Below, piece after piece: positions 1-10,272 of a stretch of DNA of 64,000 nucleotides (position 1 is its first letter; each line of letters starts with the position of its first letter). Location of the stretch: assembly GCA_965215505.1 (NCBI GenBank), contig OZ244065.1, positions 2,816,001 through 2,880,000 of the forward strand, read 5' to 3'. The translations under genes and the position numbers were made by a program. The notes under the pieces are model-generated. The model worked only from the letters and a program-made list of their open reading frames with translations. It had not been told where the DNA came from and did no database searches. The stretch is from Capsulimonadaceae bacterium (GTDB taxonomy: Bacteria; Armatimonadota; Armatimonadia; Armatimonadales; Capsulimonadaceae).

Positions 1-1
1 C

Positions 2-319
2 GGAGAGCGTCTTCACCTGCCTGGTGTTTGAAGGCGCGGCGTTGATGAGCTGCGCGTTGTCCTTCTGGAGTTGGGCGATGCGCCGTTGCAGATCCAGGTT
101 GGCGCTGAACTGCATCTCGCTCCCCTGCAACCGGTCTATTTTGTCCTGCCGCTGCTTGGCATTCTGCGTCTTGACCGACAGGCCGAGCATGGCACCAAGC
201 AGACCGCACAGGCCGAACAACGTGGCCCACCAGGCGCGGCGGTCCTGGCGGGGCATCTGCTCGGTCCGCCGGTCGAGGTGCCGGTCAGTCGGTACGGGGT
301 TCAGGTCCATTGGGTCCAT
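2..319 (-). CDS. DUF881-like (YlxW/YlxX-type) cell-division membrane protein, 5' part, truncated by the window edge
   Basis: Not in the ORF track. Manual translation gives MDPMDLNP...RRAWWATLFGLCGLLGAMLGLSVKTQ (TM) followed by a coiled coil. Lies directly after ftsQ. Start may be 319, 310 or 256. Confidence 0.55.
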   Translation of the reverse strand, partial: MDPMDLNPVPTDRHLDRRTEQMPRQDRRAWWATLFGLCGLLGAMLGLSVKTQNAKQRQDKIDRLQGSEMQFSANLDLQRRIAQLQKDNAQLINAAPSNTRQVKTLS

Positions 320-1199
320 TCCGGGCGCGATTCAGTGTTCCCGCGTCTGTGCCGGTGTCGGCTTCGGTGTCTTTGCGCGGCATGAAAACCGGCTGCCGGG
401 GGCTGCTCACATCAATATAAGCGGCCCGGTCCGCCAGCGCGCCGACGGTCGCCGAGGCCAGGGCGACCTTCAGCGGCAGCGAGTCGGGCTGGCCGAGGCG
501 GATTTGCAGGCCATTCCTTCTATTTAAGCACAAATTCATGTTTTGGTCAACAACTATTTTCGCGCCGCCCAGATTCGGGGTTGTGTCGAGCAGAGTCAGC
601 AGCCGCAGGGCGTCCGGCACCCAGGCGGTGCGGAGCGGGCGGCCCGGAGTGACCTCAGAGGGCAGGACGGCTGCGGCCACCTGGACGATGGGCAGGCGCG
701 GGAGCGGGCGGCCGAGTTCCTCATACGGGACGCCCTTCCGGTCCAGCAGCCAGAACCGCCCGCCGCCCGCGAGGACGGCGCGCGGCTGCCGCTCGGTCAC
801 GGTCAAGACCAGCCGGTGGGGCAACTCAATGGAGCGGGAGGCGTGGTCTACCAGAGGGTCAGACTGGAGCCGCTGGGCGAACGGCTGCTTCAGCATCCAG
901 AAGATGTTGGTCCGGGCGGGCACCCGCGCCTCCGCAAGAACCTGCTCCGGGGAGAGGGTCTGCGCCCCGGCGACGCGCACCTGGGTGACGCGCAGGGCAG
1001 GGTTGGCGAACAGCAGCACGCCCGCTTCCGCGAGGAAGAGGCACAGGGCCACCCGCTTCAGAGTCCGGTTCCAGTTGCGCGGCTTCCGGCTGCTCCGCTT
1101 CTTGAAGGGAGAGTGCTTGCGGGGGCGCGCGCCGTCCGGCTCACCCTCGGCGGTGCGGTCCTCGGTGACGGTCAGGCGGGTGCGGGTCGGCTTGTGCAT
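285..1199 (-). CDS. ftsQ: cell division protein FtsQ/DivIB
   Basis: Basic cytoplasmic N-terminus, TM segment, POTRA-like region (VRVAGAQTLS...PHRLVLTVTERQP), C-terminal YIDVSSP; follows ddl. Confidence 0.85.
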   Translation of the reverse strand: MHKPTRTRLTVTEDRTAEGEPDGARPRKHSPFKKRSSRKPRNWNRTLKRVALCLFLAEAGVLLFANPALRVTQVRVAGAQTLSPEQVLAEARVPARTNIFWMLKQPFAQRLQSDPLVDHASRSIELPHRLVLTVTERQPRAVLAGGGRFWLLDRKGVPYEELGRPLPRLPIVQVAAAVLPSEVTPGRPLRTAWVPDALRLLTLLDTTPNLGGAKIVVDQNMNLCLNRRNGLQIRLGQPDSLPLKVALASATVGALADRAAYIDVSSPRQPVFMPRKDTEADTGTDAGTLNRARNGPNGPEPRTD

Positions 1200-1205
1200 T
1201 TTTAG

Positions 1206-2204
1206 CTACTCCAGGGCGAGGTCGATCAGCCGGTCCAGGAGCTGTGCGAAGTTGTAGCCCGCCGCCTGAGCCGAGCGCGGCAGGAGGCTGGTCGGGGTCA
1301 TGCCGGGGATGGTATTGACTTCAAGCGTGTAAACTTCGCCCTCTGCGGTGACGATCATGTCCGTGCGAGACATCCCACGACAGCCAAGAGTGCGGTGGCA
1401 AAGTTCGGCGATGCGCCGCGCCTCGGCGGCCACGGCGTCGGGGATACGCGCGGGGACGATCTCGTCGGTCGCCCCCGCCGTGTACTTGGCCTCGTAGTCG
1501 TAGAAGCCGCCGACGGGAACGATCTCGACGATGGGGAGGACTTCCAGCGTCGCGTTGCCCAGGATCGGGACGGTGATCTCGGTGCCCGTGATGAACTGCT
1601 CGACGAGGACAGTGTCGTCGTACTCAAAGGCGGTCCGCACCGCCCCTTGCAGTTCATCGGCCTTACGCACGACGGTCATGCCGATAGTGGACCCCTGGGC
1701 ATTTGGCTTGACGATGAGCGGCAGGGGCAGCGCGCGGTCCGGCACAGCCTCGCCGCGCCGCAATGTCCGGTCATGGGGCATCAGGATGCCCGCCGCCATC
1801 AGGACGCGCTTGCTCATCGCCTTGTCCATCGCCAGGGCGCTCGCCAGGACGCCGCTGCCGGTGTAGGACAAGCCCAGCACTTCCAGCATCCCCTGGACCG
1901 TGCCGTCCTCGCCGCCCCGGCCATGGAGGGCAATAAAGACGACATCGGGCCGATCCTCCGCCGAGGCCTGCGGGAGCTGCGGCAGAGCCGTGATCTCCGT
2001 CTCGCCGTCCGAGGCGTGGAGCAGGCCGAGCGGCTGGGTGATGCCCGACGGCAGGAACTTCCGGCCCGAAGCCGTGTCCAGGGCGTAGACCGTGTACTTG
2101 TCGGCGTCCAGGGCGTTCAGGATTTGACGCCCGGTAGACAGCGACACTTCACGCTCGGCGCTCGTCCCGCCCATCAGTACGGCGACTTTCCGCTTCTGTG
2201 TCAT
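1206..2204 (-). CDS. ddl: D-alanine--D-alanine ligase
   Basis: GGTSAEREVSL, HGRGGEDG, LEVNTIPGMT motifs. Confidence 0.97.
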   Translation of the reverse strand: MTQKRKVAVLMGGTSAEREVSLSTGRQILNALDADKYTVYALDTASGRKFLPSGITQPLGLLHASDGETEITALPQLPQASAEDRPDVVFIALHGRGGEDGTVQGMLEVLGLSYTGSGVLASALAMDKAMSKRVLMAAGILMPHDRTLRRGEAVPDRALPLPLIVKPNAQGSTIGMTVVRKADELQGAVRTAFEYDDTVLVEQFITGTEITVPILGNATLEVLPIVEIVPVGGFYDYEAKYTAGATDEIVPARIPDAVAAEARRIAELCHRTLGCRGMSRTDMIVTAEGEVYTLEVNTIPGMTPTSLLPRSAQAAGYNFAQLLDRLIDLALE

Positions 2205-3577
2205 AAGAGCAGCAAGCCCTCCCCCGCCGCCCGGATGTCGCCCGCCCCCAGGGTCAGGACCAGGTCGCCGGGCCGGACCAGCTCGGCCAGGCGGCCCGGC
2301 AGGGCGGCCTTGTCGGCGACATAGGTGACGTGTTCGGCCCCGCGCCGGGCGGCGGTCAGTGCGGCCAGGCTGGCGCCGGTGACGCCCTCGAGGGGCAGTT
2401 CACGCGCCAGAAAGATGTCGGTCAGTACCACATGGTCCGCCTCGCCAAAGCTCTCGGCGAACTCCGTCTTGAAGTCGCGCGTTCGGGAGGGCAGGTGCGG
2501 CTGGAACACGGCTACGATCCGGCGGCTCGGGTGGGCCAGCCGGGCGGCAGCTAGCGTGGCGCGAATTTCGGTCGGATGATGGGCATAGTCATCCACGACC
2601 AGCGTCCCGCGGGACGTCTCTCCCAGCCGTTCAAAGCGGCGCCCGGTCCCGACGAACGCGCGCAGGCCCGCGGCGATGCAGCAGAAAGGAACGCCCAAAG
2701 TCAGGCCGACGGCGAGGGCAGCGAGGGAGTTTGCGACGTTGTGCAGGCCGGGGACGGAGAGCGTGACCCGTCCGAGCGTGACGCCGTGCCAGACGGCGGT
2801 GTAGTTCGGTGCCGTGCCGTCGGCGTCCACGTCTACCGCCCGCAGAGTGGCCTCGGATTCCAGGGCGTAGGTGACGAGGACAGGGCCTGTGAGGGCGGCG
2901 CGGAGGCTGTCCATGAGGGCGCGCGCGTTCTCATCGGCGGCAGGCAGGATGGCCGTCCCAGTCACCTGGCCGAGGAACTTGCGGAAGGAGCGCAGGACGT
3001 TGTCCAGGTCGCCGTAGTAGTCCAGGTGGTCCGCCTCGACATTCGTGATGACGGCGATCTTCGGGACGAGGTCAAGGAACGAGTCGTAGGCCTCGCAGGC
3101 TTCCGCCAGGAACACGTCGCTCGCGCCCAGCCGGGCGTTGCCGCCGTAGGCGGGCAGGTCGCCGCCGATCAGGACGGTCGGGTCCAGGCCGCCGGCCTCC
3201 AGCACCATCGCCGTCATGCCGGTCGTGGTCGTCTTGCCGTGTGTCCCCGAAACCGCGACCGAGCGCGGGTAACGGCCCATCAGCCGGCCCAGCATCTCGG
3301 CCCGCGAGATGACCGGGATGCCCCGAGCGCGGGCGGCAACCATTTCGGAGTTGTCCTTCTTGACGGCAGCGGAGGCGACCACGAGGGTGGCCCCGTTCAC
3401 GCGGTCCGCCTCATGCCCGGCCTCGGCCCGGATGCCGGACTCGCGCCGCAGCGACTCCAGCGTGGCCGACTCGCGCAGGTCAGAGCCGGTGACGGCGACG
3501 CCCTGCTTGGCGAGGACGCGGGCCATGCCGCTCATCCCCGCCCCCCCGATTCCTACAAAATGGATGCATTCGCTCAC
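2201..3577 (-). CDS. murC: UDP-N-acetylmuramate--L-alanine ligase
   Basis: HFVGIGGAGMSG, GTHGKTTT, DDYAHHPTE motifs. GTG start chosen after an AGGAG RBS. Confidence 0.97.
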   Translation of the reverse strand: MSECIHFVGIGGAGMSGMARVLAKQGVAVTGSDLRESATLESLRRESGIRAEAGHEADRVNGATLVVASAAVKKDNSEMVAARARGIPVISRAEMLGRLMGRYPRSVAVSGTHGKTTTTGMTAMVLEAGGLDPTVLIGGDLPAYGGNARLGASDVFLAEACEAYDSFLDLVPKIAVITNVEADHLDYYGDLDNVLRSFRKFLGQVTGTAILPAADENARALMDSLRAALTGPVLVTYALESEATLRAVDVDADGTAPNYTAVWHGVTLGRVTLSVPGLHNVANSLAALAVGLTLGVPFCCIAAGLRAFVGTGRRFERLGETSRGTLVVDDYAHHPTEIRATLAAARLAHPSRRIVAVFQPHLPSRTRDFKTEFAESFGEADHVVLTDIFLARELPLEGVTGASLAALTAARRGAEHVTYVADKAALPGRLAELVRPGDLVLTLGAGDIRAAGEGLLLL

Positions 3578-3623
3578 GGAATGTGTCTCTCCTAAATCCC
3601 GCCGCACTTCGGTGTGCGGCGCC

Positions 3624-4817
3624 TTACCTGACGTTGATTGTACCCGATGTGGGCGGGATTACCTGACCCGCCATCGCAAGCACCGCCGCCGCCAGGTCAC
3701 GCGCCGCGTCCGGCGTCGCCAGTGTCAATGCCGCCGCCCCCATCGCGCCTAAGCGGGCCGGATCGGACAGCAGAGCGGACAGGGCGGACAGCAGGCGCGG
3801 GCCGTCCAGGTCCTTGCTCGGGAGCAGAGCCGCCGCGCCCGCCTCGACCGACCGGCGCGCGTTGCGCGTCTGCTCGTCCCCGCCGGTGGGAACCAGGGGG
3901 ATGAACAGGGCGGGCCGGCCCACGGCGGCCACTTCCGTCACCGTCCCCGCGCCGCTGCGGCCCACGACCAGATCGGCCAGGGCGAAGATGTCCGCGATCT
4001 CCTCCCCGACGAACGGGACGACGTGATACCGCCGCTGCTGTCCGGGCGCAAGACCGGCCCGCACCCCGGCCATCTGGTCGCCGTCCTGCTTGCCGCACTG
4101 GTGAACGACGCGGCAGATATCCAGCAGGCCCGGCAGAGCCGCCGCGACGGCGCGGTTGATGCTCTGCGCCCCTTGTGCGCCGCCGGTGACATAGACGGTG
4201 GGCAGGGCCTCGTCGGCGGCGTCAAATCCGAAGCGGGTGATGGCGCGCGCCCGGTCCCCGCCAAAGATCGCCGCCCGAACCGGGTTGCCTGTCACGAACG
4301 TCTTGGCCCGCAAGCCCGGCGGCAGGTCCGAGGCCGCGCCTTCAAAGGTCAGCGCGATGTGCGAAGCGAAACGGGCAGCGATCCGGTTTGCCAGGCCGAC
4401 CTGGACCGTCTGCTCGTGGATCAGTACGGGCCGGCGCAGCAGGCCCGCCGCAATCACCGGCGGGACCGAGACGTAGCCGCCGGTCGCAAGCACCACATCA
4501 GGTTTGAAGCGACGCACCTCGCCGATGGCCTCCACGATGCCGACGGGGACGCGGAAAGCGTCGGCCAGATTCTTCAAAGTCAGCAGCCCGCGCAGGCTCG
4601 ACGCCCGCCGCAATTTGCCGCTCTGGACGCCGACGAACGGGATACCCGCCGCCTCGACCAGCCCCTGCTCCACCCCATGCCGGCTGCCGACGTAGCGGAA
4701 CTCGGGCGTCCAGTCCGCGCCCGCCGCCATCTGCTGGAGCGTCTGGATGACGGCCAAGGCCGGGCTGACGTGGCCGCCCGTCCCGCCGCCGGTGACGAGG
4801 ATCTTGATGACTCGCAT
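3624..4817 (-). CDS. murG: undecaprenyl-PP-MurNAc-pentapeptide GlcNAc transferase
   Basis: GGGTGGHVSP, TGNPVR, GRSGAGT motifs. ATG overlaps the ftsW stop; the real gene is the 3' part of track ORF 3624..6245. Confidence 0.95.
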   Translation of the reverse strand: MRVIKILVTGGGTGGHVSPALAVIQTLQQMAAGADWTPEFRYVGSRHGVEQGLVEAAGIPFVGVQSGKLRRASSLRGLLTLKNLADAFRVPVGIVEAIGEVRRFKPDVVLATGGYVSVPPVIAAGLLRRPVLIHEQTVQVGLANRIAARFASHIALTFEGAASDLPPGLRAKTFVTGNPVRAAIFGGDRARAITRFGFDAADEALPTVYVTGGAQGAQSINRAVAAALPGLLDICRVVHQCGKQDGDQMAGVRAGLAPGQQRRYHVVPFVGEEIADIFALADLVVGRSGAGTVTEVAAVGRPALFIPLVPTGGDEQTRNARRSVEAGAAALLPSKDLDGPRLLSALSALLSDPARLGAMGAAALTLATPDAARDLAAAVLAMAGQVIPPTSGTINVR

Positions 4818-6163
4818 TAGTCCCGGAACGCCCCCCGGTCGCGCCGGGCCTCCTCGCGCCGGGCGCGGTCCAAGCGGCGGATGGTGGGCGATGCCGAGGA
4901 GGGCGTGACGGCGGGCCGGTCGCTGAACCCCTGGGACGGGCGGCCCCAGCGGCGGTTCCAATCGTCCTCGTTCGGCTCGATCTTGTCGCGGGCCGGACCC
5001 TCCGGCCCGTCCGGGTAGGACGAGATGTTCAGCAGGATGCCGATGCCGAGCATCATCAGGACCAGCGACGAGCCGCCATAGGAGATGAACGGCAGCGGGA
5101 CGCCCGTATCCGGGATGGAGGCCGTTGCGACAGCCATGTTGATTAATGCCTGCACGCTGATCAAAGTCGTGATGCCCGCCGCAAGCAAAGCGCCGAACGG
5201 GTCGCGCGTCCGGTAGGCGATGCCGAAGCCGCGCGCGGCCACGAAGACGAACAGGGCGACCAGGGCCAGTGTCCCGATCAGGCCCCACTCCTCGGCGATG
5301 ACGGGGAAGATGAAGTCGGTGCGCGGCTCGGGGATGAACAGCTTCTCGCGCCCCTCCCCCAGCCCCATGCCGCCCACGCCGCCCGAGCCGAGGGCGATGA
5401 GCGCGTGCCAGACCTGGTAGCCGGTCGCGTACTGGTCCGCGCGCGGGTTCAGGAAGGCGGTGATGCGGTGCGCCCGGTACGGCTCGAAGGCGACGAACAG
5501 GGTGACGGCGACGGCGGCGGCCCCGAAGATCATGCCCAGATGGGCGGGCCGCGCCCCGGCCAGGAACAGCATGACCAGGCCCGTCATGCTGAGGACGAGG
5601 GCGGTGCCCAGATCCGGCTCCTTGGCGATGAGCGCGGCCAGAGTGCCGATGACGACCAGCATCGGCACCAAGCCCTGCTTCGGGTGCGTCTTGATCTTGA
5701 GGCTGCCCGCCGTCATCCGCGCCAGGTACAGGACCAGGGCCAGCTTCGCCAGTTCGGACGGCTGGAATCGGAGCGTGCCGTGTCCCAGCCAGCGGCGCGC
5801 GTGGTTGACGGTGATGCCGACGTGGGGGATCAGCACGGCGATCAGCAGGAAGATGGACAGGGACAGCCCGATGACCGCCACCTTGCGCCATTTCCAGTAG
5901 GACAGGCGGCTGGCCCCGAGCAGGGCGAGCAGGCCGATGGCCGCCCAGCCCGCCTGCGTCTTGACGAAGTGGAACGAGTCCCCGTGCAGCTTCTCCACGG
6001 CGATGGCGTAGGAGGCGTCGTAGACGGAGACGATGCCGACGCCGAGCAGCAGGAAGGTCAGCCACAGCAGCAGCCGGTCCATCGGCTGCCGGTGCGAGGT
6101 CAATGCCGTCAGCGTGTTCTGCGGCTGGCGGTCCGGGCTGCGGCTTGGTTTGGTGGCGTTCAT
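4817..6163 (-). CDS. ftsW: SEDS-family peptidoglycan glycosyltransferase FtsW
   Basis: FQPSELAK, EPDLGT, PEPRTDFIF, TGVPLPFISYGGSS motifs. Confidence 0.96.
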   Translation of the reverse strand: MNATKPSRSPDRQPQNTLTALTSHRQPMDRLLLWLTFLLLGVGIVSVYDASYAIAVEKLHGDSFHFVKTQAGWAAIGLLALLGASRLSYWKWRKVAVIGLSLSIFLLIAVLIPHVGITVNHARRWLGHGTLRFQPSELAKLALVLYLARMTAGSLKIKTHPKQGLVPMLVVIGTLAALIAKEPDLGTALVLSMTGLVMLFLAGARPAHLGMIFGAAAVAVTLFVAFEPYRAHRITAFLNPRADQYATGYQVWHALIALGSGGVGGMGLGEGREKLFIPEPRTDFIFPVIAEEWGLIGTLALVALFVFVAARGFGIAYRTRDPFGALLAAGITTLISVQALINMAVATASIPDTGVPLPFISYGGSSLVLMMLGIGILLNISSYPDGPEGPARDKIEPNEDDWNRRWGRPSQGFSDRPAVTPSSASPTIRRLDRARREEARRDRGAFRD

Positions 6164-6180
6164 GGTTGTTGTGGTCTCTC

Positions 6181-6375
6181 GGAACCCACCCCGGCGCGAG
6201 CGCCGACCCTCCCGAAACGGGTGGGTGGACTGGGAAGGTTGTCATTCGATTTTGCGTGATGATTAGGCAGCAAGGCGGTTAAAGGGGCCCTGTTCAAGAA
6301 GACAAGACCCAACAACTACCTTCCCGCTCACCTTCCCGTTTCGGGAGGGTCGGCGCTCGCGCCGGGGTGGGTTCC
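6181..6375. repeat. inverted pair of ~46-bp double-hairpin repeats (family A, REPIN-like)
   Basis: GGAACCCACCCCGGCGCGAGCGCCGACCCTCCCGAAACGGGTGGGT at 6181-6226 and a near-perfect reverse complement at 6330-6375. Second pair at 32415-32655. Confidence 0.85.
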
Positions 6376-7770
6376 CACCGCCGCCTTGAACTGGTCGCCC
6401 CGGTCTTCAAAGTCCCGGAACATGTCGAACGACGCGCAGGCCGGGGCCAGCAGCACGGCGTCCCCGTCTTGCGCCAGGGCTGACGCCTGCGCCACCGCCT
6501 CCTGCAAGGTCCCCGCACGGTGGATGCTCTCGTACCCCGCCGCTCGGCAGGCGGCTTCTATCTCCGGGGCCGACCGCCCGATGAGGACGAGCGCGCGGAC
6601 ATTGTTCTTGACCACCGCCTCGGCCAGCGTCGCCACGTCGCCGCCCTTGAAGACGCCGCCGGCGATGACCACCTTCGGCTCGGGCAGGGCCTCTAACGAC
6701 TTCTCGAACGCGGCGGCATTCGTACACATGGAGTTGTTAATGTACCGGACGCCGCCGACCGTCGCCACATATTCCAGCCGATGCACGACTCCGGTGAAGG
6801 TGGTCGCCACCTGGCGGATGGGTTCAATGCCGACGCCAAACACCGTTGCCATCGCCGCCGCCGCGAGTATGTTCTCGATATTATGCTGGCCGGGCAGTGT
6901 CACCTCCGAAGCCTTGCACACTTCGGTGAACATCTCTTCTGCTGTCGGCCGCATATCGCGGCTCAGATAGATGCTGCCGCCGTATGACCATGCGCCATAC
7001 TTGTCCGACCTATCTAATCCGAACAGCCAGACGTTGCTTCTCGGCAACCTCTGGACTAGCGGTGAGAGGCCGCACCACAGATCATCCTTTATGACAGCAA
7101 AATCATCCGCCGTCTGGTTCTCGAAGATGCGCCACTTGGCGGCAACATACTCCTCCCACGTCTGCCGGTCGCTGTGGTCGGGCGAGATGTTCAGGAGGGC
7201 GGCGACCTTCGGCCTGAACGTCGAGATCCACTCTAGCTGGAACGACGAAATCTCAGCGGCTATGGCTGCCTCGGGCGGGGCCAGGTACGCGGCCTTAATC
7301 AAGGGCATGGCGATGTCGCCCGCCGCGATGTTGCCGCCGATGTATGTCTCGATCCCCGCCGCCTTCAGCATCTCGCCCAGCAGCACCGTCGTGGTCGTCT
7401 TGCCGTTCGTCCCGGTGATGGCGAGGATCGGCGCGCGGGCGATCCGGTACGCCGCCTCGATCTCGCCCAGGACAGGGACACCCGCCGCGACCGCGTCCTG
7501 CAAAACGGTCGCGTCCCGGCGGACGCCGGGGCTGGTGATGAGATAGTCTAACTGGCCGTAGTCCAGGGCCGCCCCGCCCGTCAGCGGCGTCAGGCCCAAG
7601 GCTTCCACTTCCGCCACGGCCCCGGCGATGTCGGCGGCGGGCTTGCCGTCATAGGGGATGACGTGCGCGCCCAGGGCGGTCAGCACCTCGCAGCAGGCCA
7701 GGCCGCTGCGGGCCAGGCCGACGACGGCGACGGTCTTGCCGTGGAATGGGTTGTTAAGGTCGGTGTGCAT
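6328..7770 (-). CDS. murD: UDP-N-acetylmuramoyl-L-alanine--D-glutamate ligase
   Basis: VVGLARSG, GTNGKTTT, EISSFQL, HRLE, LLAPACASFDMF motifs. Confidence 0.96.
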   Translation of the reverse strand: MHTDLNNPFHGKTVAVVGLARSGLACCEVLTALGAHVIPYDGKPAADIAGAVAEVEALGLTPLTGGAALDYGQLDYLITSPGVRRDATVLQDAVAAGVPVLGEIEAAYRIARAPILAITGTNGKTTTTVLLGEMLKAAGIETYIGGNIAAGDIAMPLIKAAYLAPPEAAIAAEISSFQLEWISTFRPKVAALLNISPDHSDRQTWEEYVAAKWRIFENQTADDFAVIKDDLWCGLSPLVQRLPRSNVWLFGLDRSDKYGAWSYGGSIYLSRDMRPTAEEMFTEVCKASEVTLPGQHNIENILAAAAMATVFGVGIEPIRQVATTFTGVVHRLEYVATVGGVRYINNSMCTNAAAFEKSLEALPEPKVVIAGGVFKGGDVATLAEAVVKNNVRALVLIGRSAPEIEAACRAAGYESIHRAGTLQEAVAQASALAQDGDAVLLAPACASFDMFRDFEDRGDQFKAAVGTHPGASADPPETGR

Positions 7771-7784
7771 ATTTCCGCCGTCAT

Positions 7785-7886
7785 GTAGGGGCGCCGCTTG
7801 CCGCGCCCTCTTCTCCAGCTCGTCCCCTCCTTTACGGCCCACACCCGGAGGATGAGGAAGGAGGGCGCGGCAAGCGGCGCCCCTAC
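7785..7886. repeat. inverted pair of GTAG-type REP elements
   Basis: GTAGGGGCGCCGCTTGCCGCGCCCTC (7785-7810) and its reverse complement (7861-7886). Near-identical pair at 59834-59913. Confidence 0.85.
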
Positions 7887-8926
7887 GGATTATCCAGCCA
7901 CACATACATCGCCGGGGCCAGCAGCAGCCCCAGAACAAGCGCCAGGATGCCCAGAATCCAGAAGCGGGCGACGACGTGGGTTTCGGGCCAGCCCAGCTTC
8001 TGGAAATGGAGATGGATCGGCGACATGCGGAAGACGCGCCGACCGATGTCTTTGCCATCCGGGCCTCTGCCCCCCGTCGCCTTAAAGACGCTGACTTGAA
8101 TCATCACGCTGGCCGTCTCGATCAAAAAGACGATGGTGAACAGCAGCAGTAAAAGCTCCTGCTTGCCCAGGATGCCCATGACCGCGAAGCCCGACCCCAA
8201 AGCCAGCGAGCCGGTGTCACCCATGAACACCCGTGCGGGGTGCGCGTTGTACCACAGGAAGCCCAGACACGCGCCCGCGAGAGTGAGGCCGAAGATCGGG
8301 ACCTGCGGGAACGCGATATAGGTTGTCAGCGACAGGCCCACTAGGGTGAAGATCGAAAGCCCCCCGGCCAGCCCGTCCAGACCGTCCGTGAGGTTGGCGG
8401 CGTTGGACAGGCCGATGATCAGGAAGAAGGCCAGTATGTAGTACAGGTAGCCCAGGTCTATGTGCTGGTTGTGCCAGGCCCACACCTGCGTCGTGAAGTT
8501 CGGCTGTGAGGTCAGGAACAGCCAGAGGACGAAAGCCAGGGCGATGACGACCTGCCCGGCGAGTTTCTGCCGGGCCAGCAGGCCCAGCGATTTGCCGCGC
8601 CGGGCTTTCAGGAAATCGTCCAGGAAGCCCAAGCCGGCGTGGGCGACGAAGACCAGGACGATGGCAATCAAAGCAGGGCTGACCGGGCGCAGGGCGGGCG
8701 AAACAAGGCAGCCCAGGCCCAGGGTCAGGAGCAGGCTGAGGACAAACAAAACGCCGCCCATGCTTGGTGTCCCCTGCTTCTTCTGATGGTCTTCAGACAG
8801 ATACTCGCTGATGTTCTGTCCGAACTTCAGCGCACGCAGGAGGGCGATGGTGCGCGGGCCGAGGGCAAGCACGATGAGGAAGGCGACCAGGAACCCGGCC
8901 AGGGCGTAAGGGTCCGGGGTCCTCAT
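7883..8926 (-). CDS. mraY: phospho-N-acetylmuramoyl-pentapeptide transferase
   Basis: KQGTPSMGG, NLTDGLDGL, FMGDTGS motifs; multi-TM. Confidence 0.97.
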   Translation of the reverse strand: MRTPDPYALAGFLVAFLIVLALGPRTIALLRALKFGQNISEYLSEDHQKKQGTPSMGGVLFVLSLLLTLGLGCLVSPALRPVSPALIAIVLVFVAHAGLGFLDDFLKARRGKSLGLLARQKLAGQVVIALAFVLWLFLTSQPNFTTQVWAWHNQHIDLGYLYYILAFFLIIGLSNAANLTDGLDGLAGGLSIFTLVGLSLTTYIAFPQVPIFGLTLAGACLGFLWYNAHPARVFMGDTGSLALGSGFAVMGILGKQELLLLLFTIVFLIETASVMIQVSVFKATGGRGPDGKDIGRRVFRMSPIHLHFQKLGWPETHVVARFWILGILALVLGLLLAPAMYVWLDNP

Positions 8927-10272
8927 GGCGGCGTCCCCTCGGTGGGGGGGGCCAGTGCCGCCGCGACCTTTTCCAACGCCAGGGCGCGCGAACCTTTGAC
9001 CAGGATGACGTCGCCCGGCTTGGGCGCGAACGTCTCGCGGGCGAAGCGGACGGCCTCGTCGGCATCCTCAAACCGCCGGGCGGCGTTCGGGATGAGCGCG
9101 GCCAGGCCGCCGACGGTGTAGAGCGCGTCCAAGCCGCCCAGGTCGGCGATGACGCCGCCTAGCTCCCGGTGCGCCTCGTCCGCCCGCGCGCCCAGCTCGC
9201 GCATGTCGCCGAGGAAGGCGATCTTGCGCCCGCCGGGGTAGGCGGCCAGGGTGTCCAGGGCGGTCTTCATGGACGCGGGTCCGGCGTTGTAGGCGTCGTT
9301 CAGGACGGTGACGCCCGAGTTCGTTTTGACGATTTGCATCCGCATCGGCGGTGGGGTGTAGGTTTGCAGGGCCTCGGCGGCTTCGGCCAGGGGAACGCCC
9401 AGGGTGTCGGCGACGGCCAGCGCGGCGAGGGCATTGCTGATGTCATGGCGCGAGAGGCTGGCGATCTGGACCGGGACGCCGCGCGCGAGAAAGTGCCAGC
9501 CGTCTCCTGTTGACGTTATGCCTCCGGCCTGGTAGTCGCCCGCGCTGCCATAGGTCACGACGCGCGCCGTCGTCTTCGCTTGCAGGCGCGGCAGGTATGG
9601 GTCGTCCGCGTTCAGGACGGCGATGCCGTCAGCGGGCAGGCTTTCCAGAAGCTCGCCCTTGGCGTCGGCGATGGCGTCTCGCGAGCCGAGCAGTTCCAGG
9701 TGGTTGTCGGCGATGACCGTGATGACGCCCACCGTGGGGCGGGCGATGCCGCACAGGTAGGCGATCTGGCCGCTCCCGCGCATCCCCATCTCGACGACGG
9801 CGGCCTTATGCTCCGAAGTCAGTTGCAGCAAGGCCTTGGGAACGCCCGTTTCGTTGTTCTGACTGGCGGGCGTCTTTAACACCGGGCCGAGCGGGGACAG
9901 CGTACAGGCCAGCATCTCTTTCAAAGTCGTCTTGCCGACGCTGCCGGTGACGCCGACTACAGGAATCGCGAAGCGGTCGCGCCAGAAGCGGGCGAGCAGG
10001 CCGTAGGCGACTTCCGTGTCCGGGACGCGCAAAACCGGCGTATCCAGCGAGGCGACCACCTGCTGGGAAACGACCAGCCCGCCCGCGCCCGCCCGCAGGG
10101 CATGCGGGATGAACTGGTGTCCGTCCGTCGTCGGGCCGGTCAGGGCGACGAACAGGTCGCCCGGCTGCATCGTCCGCGTGTCGGTGGAGACGTGCGGGAA
10201 GGTGACCTGGGCACCGCCGGTGGGCGTCCCGTAGTCCAGGGCCTGGAAGACTTCGCGCAGTGTCAGGGACAT
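8923..10272 (-). CDS. murF: UDP-MurNAc-tripeptide--D-Ala-D-Ala ligase
   Basis: GSVGKTT, EMGM, NDAYNA, GDMRELG, VKGSR motifs. Confidence 0.96.
   Translation of the reverse strand: MSLTLREVFQALDYGTPTGGAQVTFPHVSTDTRTMQPGDLFVALTGPTTDGHQFIPHALRAGAGGLVVSQQVVASLDTPVLRVPDTEVAYGLLARFWRDRFAIPVVGVTGSVGKTTLKEMLACTLSPLGPVLKTPASQNNETGVPKALLQLTSEHKAAVVEMGMRGSGQIAYLCGIARPTVGVITVIADNHLELLGSRDAIADAKGELLESLPADGIAVLNADDPYLPRLQAKTTARVVTYGSAGDYQAGGITSTGDGWHFLARGVPVQIASLSRHDISNALAALAVADTLGVPLAEAAEALQTYTPPPMRMQIVKTNSGVTVLNDAYNAGPASMKTALDTLAAYPGGRKIAFLGDMRELGARADEAHRELGGVIADLGGLDALYTVGGLAALIPNAARRFEDADEAVRFARETFAPKPGDVILVKGSRALALEKVAAALAPPTEGTPP

Noticed and set aside
1-320. Apparent absence of ftsA/ftsZ from the dcw cluster
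   Set aside because: The operon runs off the window edge, so this cannot be judged.
4818-6245. 873-aa ORF as a MurG fusion
   Set aside because: The N-terminal part is an alternate frame overlapping ftsW; murG starts at 4817.
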